From Patellaria atrata CBS 101060 (Eukaryota): DNA of 64,000 nt. The notes below the pieces were generated by a model. It was not told where the DNA came from, searched no databases, and worked only from the letters and a program-made list of their open reading frames with translations. A program made the translations under genes and the position numbers. How positions within the stretch are numbered: position 1 is the stretch's first letter; each line of letters begins with the position of its first letter. The stretch covers positions 1,153,550 through 1,217,549 of the forward strand of contig MU006094.1 in the NCBI GenBank assembly GCA_010093705.1, read 5' to 3'. This document shows, one piece after another, positions 1 to 11,860 of the stretch.

Positions 1-63
1 AGTAAGGAGCTGTTATTTTGACACCCCTTTCTTTATAAAAAGTCCCTAAAAACTTCAAAAACA

Positions 64-113
64 AAAAACTTCCAAAAACTTCCAAAAACTTCCAAAAACT
101 TCAAAAAAAAAAA
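64..113 (+). repeat. 10-bp tandem repeat (AAAAACTTCC)n running into a poly-A tract
   Basis: tccaaaaact occurs three times exactly (71-100), with partial flanking copies, followed by an A-run at 103-113. Confidence 0.8.
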
Positions 114-715
114 GTATCAAAAAGCAACAAAGTTCACACCCCGCTCCTATCCCATTGGACGAGCGGCCTGGTACTTCTGCTTGAGGGCATTATCCCCCCC
201 TCTCAGGTTCGACCTCTGAACCAGTTGGTTTTGGCCTGATCGGTGTGGTGGGGGTTTTCCCATCACTAGGACCACGGGTCTCTGGGATATGGAAAGAAGT
301 CACGGTTTGTTTGTTGATAAGCTGTAGGGAGGGTAGGGAGGGTGTCGAAAGAAAAGCTCCCTAAGCCCAGGTATAAGCTAAGTATCCGTACAGCACGCGT
401 ACAGTACCTGTACGGGATATCATTATGGAAAGAGCCAACTCTAAGCTGGTAACATCAATCGCCAAGTTTCATCGGACTTTCAATGATGCATTTCATGCAA
501 TTGACGCAATCAGTTCTGCCCCGCACCACCCCACTACAAAGTCCGTCGTCAACACCCAAGGCTCTTCTCACCACCTCACCTCCATGCAGCGCTATATCCT
601 CAACCTACGACTTCTAACACCTTCAATTTCCACACGCCTCTACCATCCATCCAAAGCCCATCGTCCACAGTTTCAATCGCCCCCCAAACCCAGATTCCAC
701 ACCACAATCACCACA

Positions 716-1651
716 ATGTCCCAATCTAAAGCCTGTACGCCTCTCAACCCCCCCACCTCCCCTCCCATCCTCTCCTCCCATCCCCTCCAGAACTAACCCA
801 CACAGGCTGCACCGTTCCCCCCGCCACCGCAACAAACTACACCCCCAAAGGCACCTACACGACCCTCCCCCCCTCCTCCCACTCCCTGAAAACCTACGTC
901 ACCGGCCCCGAAGACGCCCCCACGGCCCTCCTCATAATTTACGACATCTTCGGCTTCTACCCTCAAACGCTCCAAGGCGCCGACATCCTCGCGTCCGCCG
1001 ACCCCTCCCACCCCCGCCGCGTCTTCATGCCCGACTGGTTCGAGGGCGCGCCCTGTCCGCTGGAATGGTATCCCCCCGACACGGCCGACAAGAAAGAGAA
1101 AGTGGGGAAATGGTTCAAGGAGAAAGCCGGGTTTGAGACCCATCTCCCGCGCATCGCGGAGGTGGTGAAAGAGCTCAAGCGGAGTACCGGGATCAAGGAT
1201 TGGGGGCTCGTGGGGTACTGCTGGGGCGGGAAGGTCGCGGGGCTGTTGAGTGGGGCGGAGAGCGAGTTCAAGGCGACCGCGGTGTGTCATCCCGCTTTCG
1301 TGGACCCGGCGGATGGGGAGAAGATCGCGCGCCCGTTTTTGATGGTCCCGAGTGGGGATGAGGACGAGGGGGATGTGGGGAAGTGGGAGGAGAAGGTCAA
1401 GGGCGTGAAGAAGGTGGTATGGTTTAAGGGGCAGGTCCATGGATTTATGGCTGCGAGGTCGGTTGGGTTTCTACTTCCTTCTTACACCTTTCCTTTTTCG
1501 TTAATTGTTATTCCCTGTTTTTGATGCTTGGGTGATGAGGGATAAATGCTGACGTTTGTGTTGCAGAGGCGATCTTGAGGACGAGAATGTCCGGAAAGCG
1601 TATGAGGAGGGTTACGGGCTCGTGCTTGATCACTTCAAGGAGCACTTGTAA
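716..1651 (+). CDS. Dienelactone hydrolase family alpha/beta hydrolase (3 exons; possible upstream start at 584)
   Basis: ATG at 716 gives MSQSKAC. An intron at 735-805 (GTACGC..CTAAC..CAG) is followed by CTVPP, then IIYDIFG, the nucleophile motif GYCWGG and HGFMAAR. A second intron at ~1458-1566 leads to a stop at 1649-1651. Confidence 0.9.
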
Positions 1652-1883
1652 GTATGGCTCGCGAGGGACTGCAGCAGCGGAAGACTGGACGATGCGATTG
1701 AACCGTCTGACTCCCATCAGGAGCGAATCAACCAAAGCAAAGATATGAGATGATTGATAAATAGATACACGATAAAAGTGGGAATACAACCTAGCTCGCC
1801 AAAATGAAACGGAAAATTTATCTGTTCCACATCGCCCTTCCAATATTAATTACCTCTATATAACCTCCCGTCCCCTACTTAAG

Positions 1884-3879
1884 TTACAACCCGATAAGCC
1901 GTCTCAAACCACCCCACCTCCTCCCCAAAGACTCCCCATATCCCACCTCGACAACCCCCCTACACATCTCCCACGCCCTCCCCGCGCTCCCAATCGGATA
2001 GCAAAGCGGGCCCGGTATACTCGTCCCCACCCACCCAAACCGATCCCTACACACAGCCTTAATATTACACAACCCCCTCAGCCCCTCCTCGCCCGCAAAC
2101 CTGCCATACCCGCTTCCCTTAACACCTCCAAAGGGTAACTGCACAGCGTAAAACGCGGCGAAATCATTAACGGCGACCATACCGGCGTGAACCTCATCGA
2201 CGACGCGATCGAGGGCCGCGGGGTCGGAGCCGAAGACCGAGGCGCCCAACGCGTAGGACGTGCTGTTCGCGATGTCTATCGCGTGTGTGAGATTGTCCGC
2301 AGGGAGGACGAGGAAGACAGGGGCGAAGAGTTCGGTTTGGGCGATGCGCATTTCCTTCTTCACGTCTACGAGGAGGGTAGGGGCGAAGTAGTGGCCTTTC
2401 GGGTGGTCGGGGTGGTGGTGTTGTTTCCCGCCTGCGAGGAGGCGGGCACCTTGGGCCACGGCTTCGGAGATGAGCGATTCGATGTGCGGGAAGTTGGCCG
2501 GGGAGATGGAGGCGCCGATGTCGATCGGCTTGGCGGCGGGGGAGTCGAGGGCGCTACCTTGGCGGAGGGAGCGGATGAGCGGGGTTATGTGCGTGATGAG
2601 GCGGGGGTAAATGGTTGGGAGGCAGATGATGCGTTCGATGCCGATGCAGTTTTGACCCGCGGATTGGAAGACGCCGCGGAGGAGGATATTTGCGACGCGG
2701 GGTAGGTTTGCTACGTCGTCGAGGAGGATGGCCGGATCTTTGCCGCCTAGTTCGACGCAGACTGGGGTCAGGGATTTGGCCGCAGAGGCACAGACGGCGT
2801 GGGCGACTGGGCGGGAGCCGATGAAGGTGAGGTGGGAGATTAAAGGGTGTGAGGTTAGATAGGAAGCTGTGGCGGGCCAGCAGGTTACGGAGCTGACGAG
2901 GCTAGGCGAGTGGCCGCAGGCGGTTAAAGCGTTGCGGATGATGGTTGTGTAATAGTTCGAGGACCAGGCGGTAGCTTCGGAACCTTTGACTATTATTGCG
3001 TTGCCGGTAAAGAGGGCGGAAATGCAAGGGCCGATGAGGTTGTGGAACTGATGAGTGTTAATGAGGTTCGAGTGGGGAGTTTCGAGGTCTTACAGGATAA
3101 CTAGGACCATCAGTATCTCTCTGGCTTATGATAAAATTGATATATCAGATACTTACTTCCAGCTTACGCAAGCTGCCACAACACCCAAGGGTTCCCATCT
3201 GACCTCATTGACCTTGTAGCACATCAGGAGGTTTGTGGGCCTTCGCTCCGGCTTGAGAGCCTTCTCACCATGATCGATTGTCCATTTAAGCTTCTCAATT
3301 GTAACGAGGATCTCGCCAAAGCAAGCATCAACCATAGTCTTGCCAGAATCTAGACAGGCGACCCGTGCAATCGTATCCTGATTGTCAAGAATGAATCTAC
3401 CCAGAAAAGCTGGTTAGGGATATGCTTAAGTTGCTGGTTCGGACGATTAAACCAACTTAAGAAGTGTCTTCAAGACTCTACGTCTCTGTGAGAAACCTGT
3501 CTTTGCCCATTCTACCTGGGCTTCTTTCGCTTTCACAATTGCTCGGTCTATGCCGCCGGCGGTTGTGGGGTTGATGAGACCAAGCGATCTACCGTTTGCT
3601 GGACAATAGCATTGGATAGCTGAAGATGAAGGAACCTATGTGGATATGTTGGTTTGGACCACAATCGGGGGTGAGAGGGATGTACAGTACCTTCAAGGAG
3701 GGCTCATCCAACTCCTGACCCTTCCACTCGGGCTGACACTGCTCAGGAATGGGGACATTGAAGTCGACTATAGCCTCTAGATCCGGGATCAAGAGATAAA
3801 AGCATCCAAAGAGAGCAATTGAAATCGTAACAAGTAGTGCGATTGTCTGGGACTCGTTCAATTGAGCGAAATATTCCAT
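1884..3879 (-). CDS. MSC7: Aldehyde dehydrogenase, MSC7/ALDH15-22-like, with N-terminal membrane anchor (multi-exon)
   Basis: Hydrophobic N-terminus, then EPLGVVAACVSWNYPFHN, FIGSRPVA, ELGGKD, GQNCIGIER (catalytic Cys), ELFAP and LPFGGVKGSGYGRFAGEEGL. Confidence 0.85.
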
Positions 3880-4118
3880 TTGAAGGATAAGGTACTTCAG
3901 ACGCGAGGATGTTAACGCGAGAGCGATGAATAAAGAGCGTTTGTGCTGTTTGGATGGTTTGCACCGATGACGACCAGGAACTCCATCTCTCTAGGGAAGG
4001 GGTAAGGCTGTCAATACTATCACGAGATTAAGTTCTCATTTTCCATGTCTTCATCTCTTTTCTCATGATTCAGGATTTCAGATTCGCACTCTGCTGTTTC
4101 TCTTAGTATATCTTTCCA

Positions 4119-6700
4119 ATGGCTTCGTTGGAGCTCGCTGAATCTTTACCCTCTGAAGAACCAGGTGTCGTCCTTAATAGGTTATGCCAGCTATGCCGGG
4201 AAATCAAGTTTGACGCCGAGGGCCCATGTCAGACTTCGAAAGCTTCTGATGGAATGGAAAATTCACGAGTTGAACATCACGCTTCGATTGAGGATCTTAA
4301 ACATTCAGCAGCGCAGGGTTGCCATCTTTACTCCATGCTATGCAAAGCCGTTGAATTAGTTTGGCCCACGAAGAGAGATAGGGCGATTAAACCCCCCCCA
4401 CATCCACGCCCGTCGTCTGAAGTGCTTGAGGTATAGCTGGAAGGTCGAGGGCACCATTATAGCTACATGCGGGCCTCTCGCCGCTCAACTAATAGTCGAG
4501 AGAAGGATAGCAGGATGTAGATCCAAGCTATGACTCTCTGTACCTCAGTATATGTTTATAACCATGTGTGTTCGTGACTATAGTCCGGACGGGAAACTCC
4601 CATCTCACGACCCATCTCCGGGGATGGAATGTGCTGCTGGCGCTGTGGGTTTGAGACCCATAGCAGCTATCTATGCTGACCACCATACCAGCTTTTTGAA
4701 GTCTACGAGCAGAGGGACGGATACTGATTGGTATCTGGTGTGTCTAAGTCTTAAGATTCGCAAGAGTTGAACGTCGGGTGGGTTCCCGATAACTGCTTTG
4801 GACGGACCAAGTATCCCTTCTGCTCTACCTGTATGTGTTTTCAATTCAATTTAACCTCTTCTTCTGCATTCGCTTATTCGCAGGCGAATATGGCCGGTTT
4901 CACTGCGACAATACCTTCGGGATATGGTGTGCTGGTAAACCGACGAGCCCGAAAGACTCCTTTTATCAAGCTGTTTTGCGGATCTAAGATTGGACTCTTC
5001 ATTAATGATAGACCAAATTCAGAACTGGATCTTCATCTGCCAGAATATACATGTCGAAGGGGATTCGGTGAGATGCGCCTGCTTTGAAGAAGCATATCTA
5101 CCTCTTCGTTTAATTGATGTCGGACCCAAGGACGGCAGTAAGCATCCAAAATTTCTCACCACTGGGGGCGCAAGGGCAAATATACTACCCTGAGTTATCG
5201 CTGGGATAATGCTGCAAATAATAGTCATGTAACCACCAAAGTAAATTTGGAGAATCGCATGGGTTTAATTTTCCTAGACGACTTGCCTGGAACTATTACG
5301 GATGCTATTTTAGTCACCAGAAAATTATCCGTCCGGTATCTCTGGGTTGACGCTATTTGTATCATCCAGGACGACATGGATGACTGGGAAACTCAAGGGT
5401 CCCAGATGGACACTATCTTTTTCAATTCATGGCTGACGATAGCAGCTGACTGTGCCGAGGATAGCCAAAGTGGTTTCATCCGTAATAGAAACACTCTCAG
5501 CATTGTTCCGTGCATTCACCCATCTATATTCAAGAAGTCATTCCCGGGGAAGCTATTCCTAGCGATAAGACGAGACACGATGGTAATATGGTCAACGGTG
5601 ACGTGGTGTGTCATTTTCCGGCCTCCTTTCCATCCAGTTATTTGGAAGATCGAGGGTGGATCATGCAGGAGGAATTGCTTTCGCGCAGATTGCTACATTA
5701 TGAAGAAGAAACTGTAACTTGGGAATGCCCTTCAGCAATCCCATCTGAGCGAAGTCCGCAAATGAAAAGTACACCTAAGAACTTGGATCGTTATGCTCTC
5801 CAGAGGTCCCTTATGAATAAAAATGATATGTCGCAAGGCATCAACTGGCTACCTGTGATACCACGTTTGGAGAGCAAGCAATTGCCATTCCATACAAGGA
5901 TTCGTTTTTGGTATCCACGTAATGTCATAACGGCCTTAACACGTCCCTTAACGGTGCTACAAAATTACCAATTATGGCACCGCCTTGTAAAAAACTACTC
6001 GAACAGGCACCTGTCCGTCCCAACTGATATTCTCCCTGCAATAGCCGGTCTGGCAAATGCGTGGAACTTGAACTCCGATACTTACATTGCCGGTTTGTGG
6101 AGAGCTGATCTCATCCACAGTTTAGCATGGCACCATGTATGGTACAAACCCGTTACACATATTGGTTGTTTGGATCCAGCCCTCCAGCATTTGCCTTCTT
6201 TCTCGAGTCTCTGTATCGGGTCCAATTCAGTTCGTACAGAAACGGACAGCTAGCTATTATATCACTGAGATACTACATGTGCATTACAAAGTCAAAGGCA
6301 CCGATCCAACCGGAGACCCCGAGTCCGCTTTTATCGACATGAAAAGGCCCACGGTGAGCTGGAAGAAGCTGGACGGGATTCGTCAGCACACAAAAGTAAA
6401 TATAGGTGAGTATACTACGCGTTTAAGTGTCTACCTAGATCACCAGGGCGACATTTCCTATCACGAATATGATGAGACCAAATCCCAACATTTATTCGTA
6501 TGGCTCTGAATCATGAATCAAAAAACGCAGTATCCTCCCCGTGCAAAGAACTTGATCAATATCGTGGGGATTGTTGTAGATCGGACCGATCGTACTGAGT
6601 TTGCACCGAGTGAAGGGCTGCTAGTCAGACGAATTTGGGCAATTCGAGCTAAAGAATATAGAGAAACCACCTTTCTTGCGATTCAAGATCAAAAGCCAGC
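4119..6700 (+). pseudogene. HET-domain (PF06985-type heterokaryon incompatibility) gene, frameshifted and decayed
   Basis: LCQLC and SAAQGCHL at the N-terminus. LPLRLIDVG, YTTLSYRW, TITDAILVTRKLSVRYLWVDAICIIQDD, RGWIMQEELLSRRLLHY and YSNRHLSVPTDILPAIAGLA are spread over several frames with stops. The end coordinate is approximate. Confidence 0.85.
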
Positions 6701-8087
6701 GGCTCCGGCTTGTCTGAGGATATACTGGCGCCCATTCATTGCGCAGTACGTCAGATACCGAAATACGAAACAATATGTCCGAGACCACGAGTCGAGGTCG
6801 ATCCTTGCCAGGCAACTTTGAGACAGGGCTATAGCGCTGCTCAAGAATCTGAACTCTTAACCATCAGACGTCAAAGGGTTACCCAGCCTCACACGCCCGA
6901 AAATATCTATTCCCGCGAAGAAGGATTGATAGCCACCATATGCCGACTCTACGGAGACGGTACAGCGGCAGGTCGAATAGAGCGATTGTTCCCACTCCCA
7001 GGTATGGTGCTGAAGCACCGTACCTAGAACCGAAATAAAACGCGGCCATTCCCTTTTCACACCGTCCATAGCATCGGCGGATATCTGTACACCCCAATCT
7101 AGCATACCTCGGATCTCGCTGTACAGAACTGTCCACTATCGTCCGCAAGCACTGTTGACAGCACGCCACTAGTCGTGCAACAAATGTAAAGCGGCGCAAC
7201 ATCGCTTTGCAGAACAAACACAAGTCTAAACTGAACAGCAAACTCAACAATGTCTTCCAACTGTAGGCCCACAATTCTGAGCCGACGTCTCTTCCCGCTT
7301 GGAGACATTTCACTGATTTGCGTACATCCGTACCATCCCCCCTTTTCTCTAACCGTGTGCCTGGGCGGGCTACTGTACTCTTGCTGTATTCTATCTTCGC
7401 AAGGTTCGGTTCTCGTGGGTTGTGTTAGGCTTGATATAATGGAGAGTGGAGTATTAAGGTACTGATTCCAGTCGAGACCAAGGGTTTGCACTACTAATTC
7501 CATCGAGACGAGGATTTACATAATGTATACATCAGTTCGGACGTCTGATGTGTAAGTTTATGAAGAGCTAAGGTGAGTGGATAGGGGATCCATGGGCTAC
7601 TCCATCACGACTTCCCTCACTATACCTCTTCCCTCGTAACATGAAGCCCATTCATATAATATTCCCGGTCTCTTCTCAAATCGTAATATACCCCTCACCT
7701 CACATCATTGTACACAAAATAGTACAGTGACACGTTTATACTTTTAACGGTATTCATTTTCATTGTATGTATCATTTCCTCTGCTATTTTAAGCATCGAT
7801 ATTACACCCCCTTCACCTTTCCTCCTTTATGAGGAACATGCTGCATCCGTATAGCAGGTACCTTACTGTCTAGTGCCTTACCTTTAGACATGGATGCCAA
7901 GCTAGACGCACGGCCCACCTCATCATACCTTCGTCGGGTATGCTCCATATATCTATCTCCATATCTATATCCCCCTTCAAACCACCCTCCATCATAAACC
8001 ACGCGTATTCATCATTTCCCAAACCTCCCTATCCCCCCATTCTCTCTCCCAAGCTAAGCACAATATACGTAACCACCCTCACCCAAC

Positions 8088-10263
8088 CTAATAAGTCCTC
8101 CTCACGACCCCCTCACGACCCCCTCCCACCCCTCCAGGCCTCACAGCCGCCCTACTCAGCGCTAACTCCATCTCCGCGCGTCGCTTAAGCGTGCGGCGCG
8201 AGACCTTCACATCTTTCTCCCCCTCCGCGCGGAGGGACGGGGTGGGGTGCTCGTTCAGGCGCTGCGGGGGCTGCGGCTGCAGGGGTACGAGGTGGACATT
8301 GAAGCCGGTCGTGGTGGATGAGTAGGTTGCGGGAGGGGGAATGTGGACCATGGGGGTTGTGGGGGTGTTGTTGATGTTATTGTGGTGGGGATGGTGGGGG
8401 TGTTGTTGGGGAGGTCTCGAGGTTAGGAGGACGGCGGGGCTGTTGTAGGGTTGCTTTTGGGCGAGGGTGGGGGTTGTGCTGGTGGATTTTGGAGGGGGGG
8501 TTGGTAGGGAGGTTATTGGGGCTGGATCGAGGTCGAGGTCCATTGAATCGTCTATATCGGGGGGTGGGGCGTGCTGTTGTTGTGATTTTCTGGGACGATT
8601 GTTTGGGGGGTTGCTGGACTGGGAAATCTGAGAAGCCTGGGAGGTGCTCTTCCGGCTTGACCACTTCGTTCCTGTCGAGCCGTCCACGGCGCCACGGTAG
8701 CTCTCTAGGTTGTCGAGGTACTTCCAGATCGAGTTCCAAGTGGTAGTGTACATCCTCAGATCCGGGAGTTCGGCTCTTAGGAAAGTCCGCATGTAGGCGA
8801 TATCGCCTAGTAGCGTATCGTGGTCTCGCGTATCGCCGTACATCGAGATCAAGCACGCGACGGCCACAATTTCCACGGGGGCGAAGTTCTTAGCTTTGCG
8901 GTAATTGTTGTTCTCGAAGACTTTGGGATCCTTTTGGATTAAGGTCTTGAAGGTCGAGAAGACCCTGCTCAGGTGCGATCTGGTTGGCATATCGAGCAGC
9001 TCCGGCTTCTTGAGGAGTCGTTCTGTGTCCATGGCGTTTGTCTTTATGGTGGGCACTCTATTATCTTTGGCTGGCTTCTGGAGTTCCATGATCTGTGAAA
9101 AGCATGCAAGGATGTGTCGGAACCCTAGGGATCTCGCGGTAGTTGACACTGTCGGTTATTAGTGAGTCATGTTCTATAGTATGACAAGTCAGCAACTTAC
9201 AGTTGACCACAGTGCTGAAATCCTGCTCGAACAACTTAGCAAACTTCTGCCAGCTTCCCGTTGTCGCTCGAAGCTTTTCTGCAGGGGTTAGCTGGACCCC
9301 CTTCTGTACCCGACCGAAGAGATCCTCCTCCTGTTCATGGGTGAGGTTATTGTACTCTTGGCACAAGAACGTCTTTTTACTGAACCGCCTGGCTGACTCA
9401 GGTGGCAGGACGAGCCGGCTTTTTTGGCGGAATTCCCGGCCGTTGGCATCCTTTTTATAACAGTAAAACCTGATGAAACTCGGTTGAGCTCAGGTTATCT
9501 GGGAGATTCAGGTAACGTACCATTTTCTGCCGCGTTTATCTAACACGGGAATGTCACCCTTCATGAAGGCGTGCACTGAGGAGAGACGTTGCTTGCCATC
9601 GACGCAAACTCTCTTGAATACGGGGGTACCATCTGCTCGAACGATCGGTTTAAGATTGAAGATGATAGGCGGGATGTAAAAGTTCTCTTCACAAAATTGA
9701 GGGTTAGAATATGCCTATAATTTATGTATACTGCAATGATCTTTACCCATAAGTGAGTTGACTAGTCCGATCATACGAGGGGCTAAATGAAGTTAGCGTC
9801 TTTTGTTTATGATTCTGGGAGTACATGTAACAAGGCGTGTGTTCGAGAGTAAGGTGTCACCCACCTGACCAAACCACATCCCGTTGGTAATCCGGACACA
9901 AATCCAAATACGGGCCGTCAATCATGCCTGAAGTAAGCAGTTAGTAAATGAAGTGTTGACAAGTAACTAAAGGTATGAATATCTTCGCTCCCACTGGTGG
10001 TTGAAGTACTTACTTATCAGTTGCCCCAACTCTCTCTCGGTAGCCCTTGAGCTCGGTAATGTCGTTTTGAGCTGGAAACCGGAGAATCCAGGTGCCTCGT
10101 CCTCCGAAAAGTCCAATTGGTCCTCTTCACCTAGGTAATCGTCATCTTTATCATCATTGTCGAAAACCAGCGGAGGTTGCGGCGGCGGAGGTTTCGCCTT
10201 CAGCCGTGAGCTCTGACGCTCACCAGGAATATGAAATCCATCGGCGTCAGAAGCTCGCGGCAT
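8088..10263 (-). CDS. DUF262 / GmrSD N-terminal (ParB/Srx-like) domain protein with low-complexity C-terminus (multi-exon)
   Basis: Spliced translation gives PDYQRDVVW, IGLVNSLM, ENFYIPPIIF, RVCVDGKQRLSSVHAFMKG and EDLFGRVQKGVQLTPAEK, matching the QR / DGxQR / FxRxN-like motifs of DUF262. Confidence 0.8.
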
Positions 10264-11016
10264 GATTTGAGGTGTGAATTTCTATCAGGGTTTGGTGGTG
10301 GTAGAGTCTTGTATTTATTTGGCCAAAGGCAAGTGAAAGTGGTCTGTGCGCAGTGCACGCGACCCTTCGCGTCTTCACGTGATGGGGTCCGCTCGATCGG
10401 TCTGCTTATCGGCCCGCTATCGTTATCTTATCCGCTCGCCCGGGTTACCTTGACCGAGCACCCCAAAATTCGAATTTTGAAAAGGTAGAAGGAAAAAGAT
10501 CTCGATCGGAAAAGTTTCGAATGGTAAGGGCAGATTCACCGCTAGTTATATCGCCACTTGACACAACTATCCCCTGACTAATTCTGAGGTGTCACACTAG
10601 TTTTCAGGTCTCGGCTTAACCAATTAAAGCTATTTAAGGTCGGGAAACGACAGAATTTCTGCTATTGATTATCAACTATATAGCCACATTTTGAACTGCC
10701 TTCCTTATTTGTAAATTCGGACACCGTTTTAGTTCCTTTTGGTGAAACTTTTGTCCGCGTGATCCCACTACCAAGCCCTATAGCAACCAATAAAAGCACG
10801 GCGATAAGGTAAGGCATACTCCGACTGACGCTACTATAGTGTTCTATAAATAGAAACAGTATATATATTCAGGTTACCCCTCACTGAAGCCAGTGCCCTC
10901 GCGGGCGATTACTTTTCATAGGAAACCACGGATACCTTACTCATTACTCACTTTGCATAAATGACGCATGGACACTCTGTTACGGCCACAAGTTGTAGAG
11001 AATGAGTAAGATGAAG

Positions 11017-11608
11017 TGTTACGGCCACAAGTTGTAAGAACATGCAGACAACGAGTGAGGGGAAGGAAGGAACACCACTCGGGGGAACTGCGGGTGAAAC
11101 GAGTGATAGAGAATCACGTGACCCAGACAGTGGTCGCTGGTCGCGCTGGTCGCGGAGAACGACCAACGACCAAAACGACCAGACAGTGGTCGCTGGTCGC
11201 GCTGGTCGCTGTGAACGACCAACGACCAGAACGACCAGAACGACCAGAGTATAGGCAACCAAATTGACTATAGAGGATAGGAATATTTAAGGACGGTCTT
11301 TCCCTCATGTATTTAGATTCTTCGTAGTTATTCTTACCATCAATCTTACCCATAGATTTGGATGTTACGGTTTCGAACTTGACTTCATTTGTCACGCTGT
11401 TTCCATACAGTACGTCTTGTCTCATTGTGAGCATTACCAGAAGTCAAGGAGTCAGCAAGTTGTATCGTCAACTTGAAGTGCCTTTGTTATACGTATCCTA
11501 TCACTTTGCCAAACCTACCTTTGTGGTTGACCACGTTAAGTGAGAAGCCAGGCGCGTTTCTAGACTTATCCAGTTTCGTCTTGATAAGTATAGACTCCCG
11601 TTGTAACA
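11017..11608. mobile_element. Solo LTR (592 bp) nested in the older LTR
   Basis: Inverted termini TGTTAC...GTAACA and a perfect 5-bp target-site duplication TGAAG (11012-11016 and 11609-11613). The first 20 nt are identical to the outer LTR start. Confidence 0.9.
11123..11250. repeat. 56-bp tandem repeat (x2) of TGGTCG/CGACCA inverted motifs inside the inner LTR
   Basis: Units start at 11123 and 11179 (ccagacagtggtcgctggtcgcgctggtcgc...cgaccaacgacca). They follow TCACGTGA at 11114. Confidence 0.85.
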
Positions 11609-11685
11609 TGAAGTGGGGAAACTGAGAAGCACCACTCGGTATAACCACGGATGTAACAGTGGTTAATAGGTCACGTGAGTGAACT

Positions 11686-11860
11686 TAGTGGACGTAGAAA
11701 CCACAGTGCCAAGAAGGACGTCCAACGCGACCAGGAGAGTTGGACGTAGTGGACGTAGAAACCATAGTGCTAAGAAGGACGTCTAACGCGACCAAGGGAG
11801 TTAGACGTAGTGAACGTGGAAAGTGGAGTGTTAGAAAGAACGGCCAACACGTCCAAGTGC
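11686..11860. repeat. 61-bp tandem repeat (x3, degenerate) with TGGACG/CGTCCA motifs inside the outer LTR
   Basis: Units start at 11686, 11747 and 11808. They follow TCACGTGA at 11671. Confidence 0.8.

Noticed and set aside
170..225. TPP-riboswitch-like string on the minus strand (gaacctga...ggataatgcc..agc)
   Set aside because: It lacks the upstream CUGAGA J3/2 motif and proper P4/P5 geometry, and there is no adjacent thiamine gene.
793..2705. Long antisense ORFs over the hydrolase and ALDH genes (and similar ones over 29012-30431 and 43024-43560)
   Set aside because: They are shadow ORFs of GC-rich coding sequence with no recognisable protein features.
6710..7503. Cluster of ~100-140 aa ORFs downstream of the first HET pseudogene
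   Set aside because: There is no coherent exon structure or recognisable motif.
10948..11434. Short ORFs on both strands in the repeat region, including 11114-11434 (-)
   Set aside because: They arise from stop-poor repeats inside the LTR, and the frame is not preserved in the homologous outer LTR.
11123..11860. CRISPR-like or tandem ncRNA array
   Set aside because: There are no unique spacers or cas genes and the context is eukaryotic. Termini and target-site duplications explain the region as nested solo LTRs.
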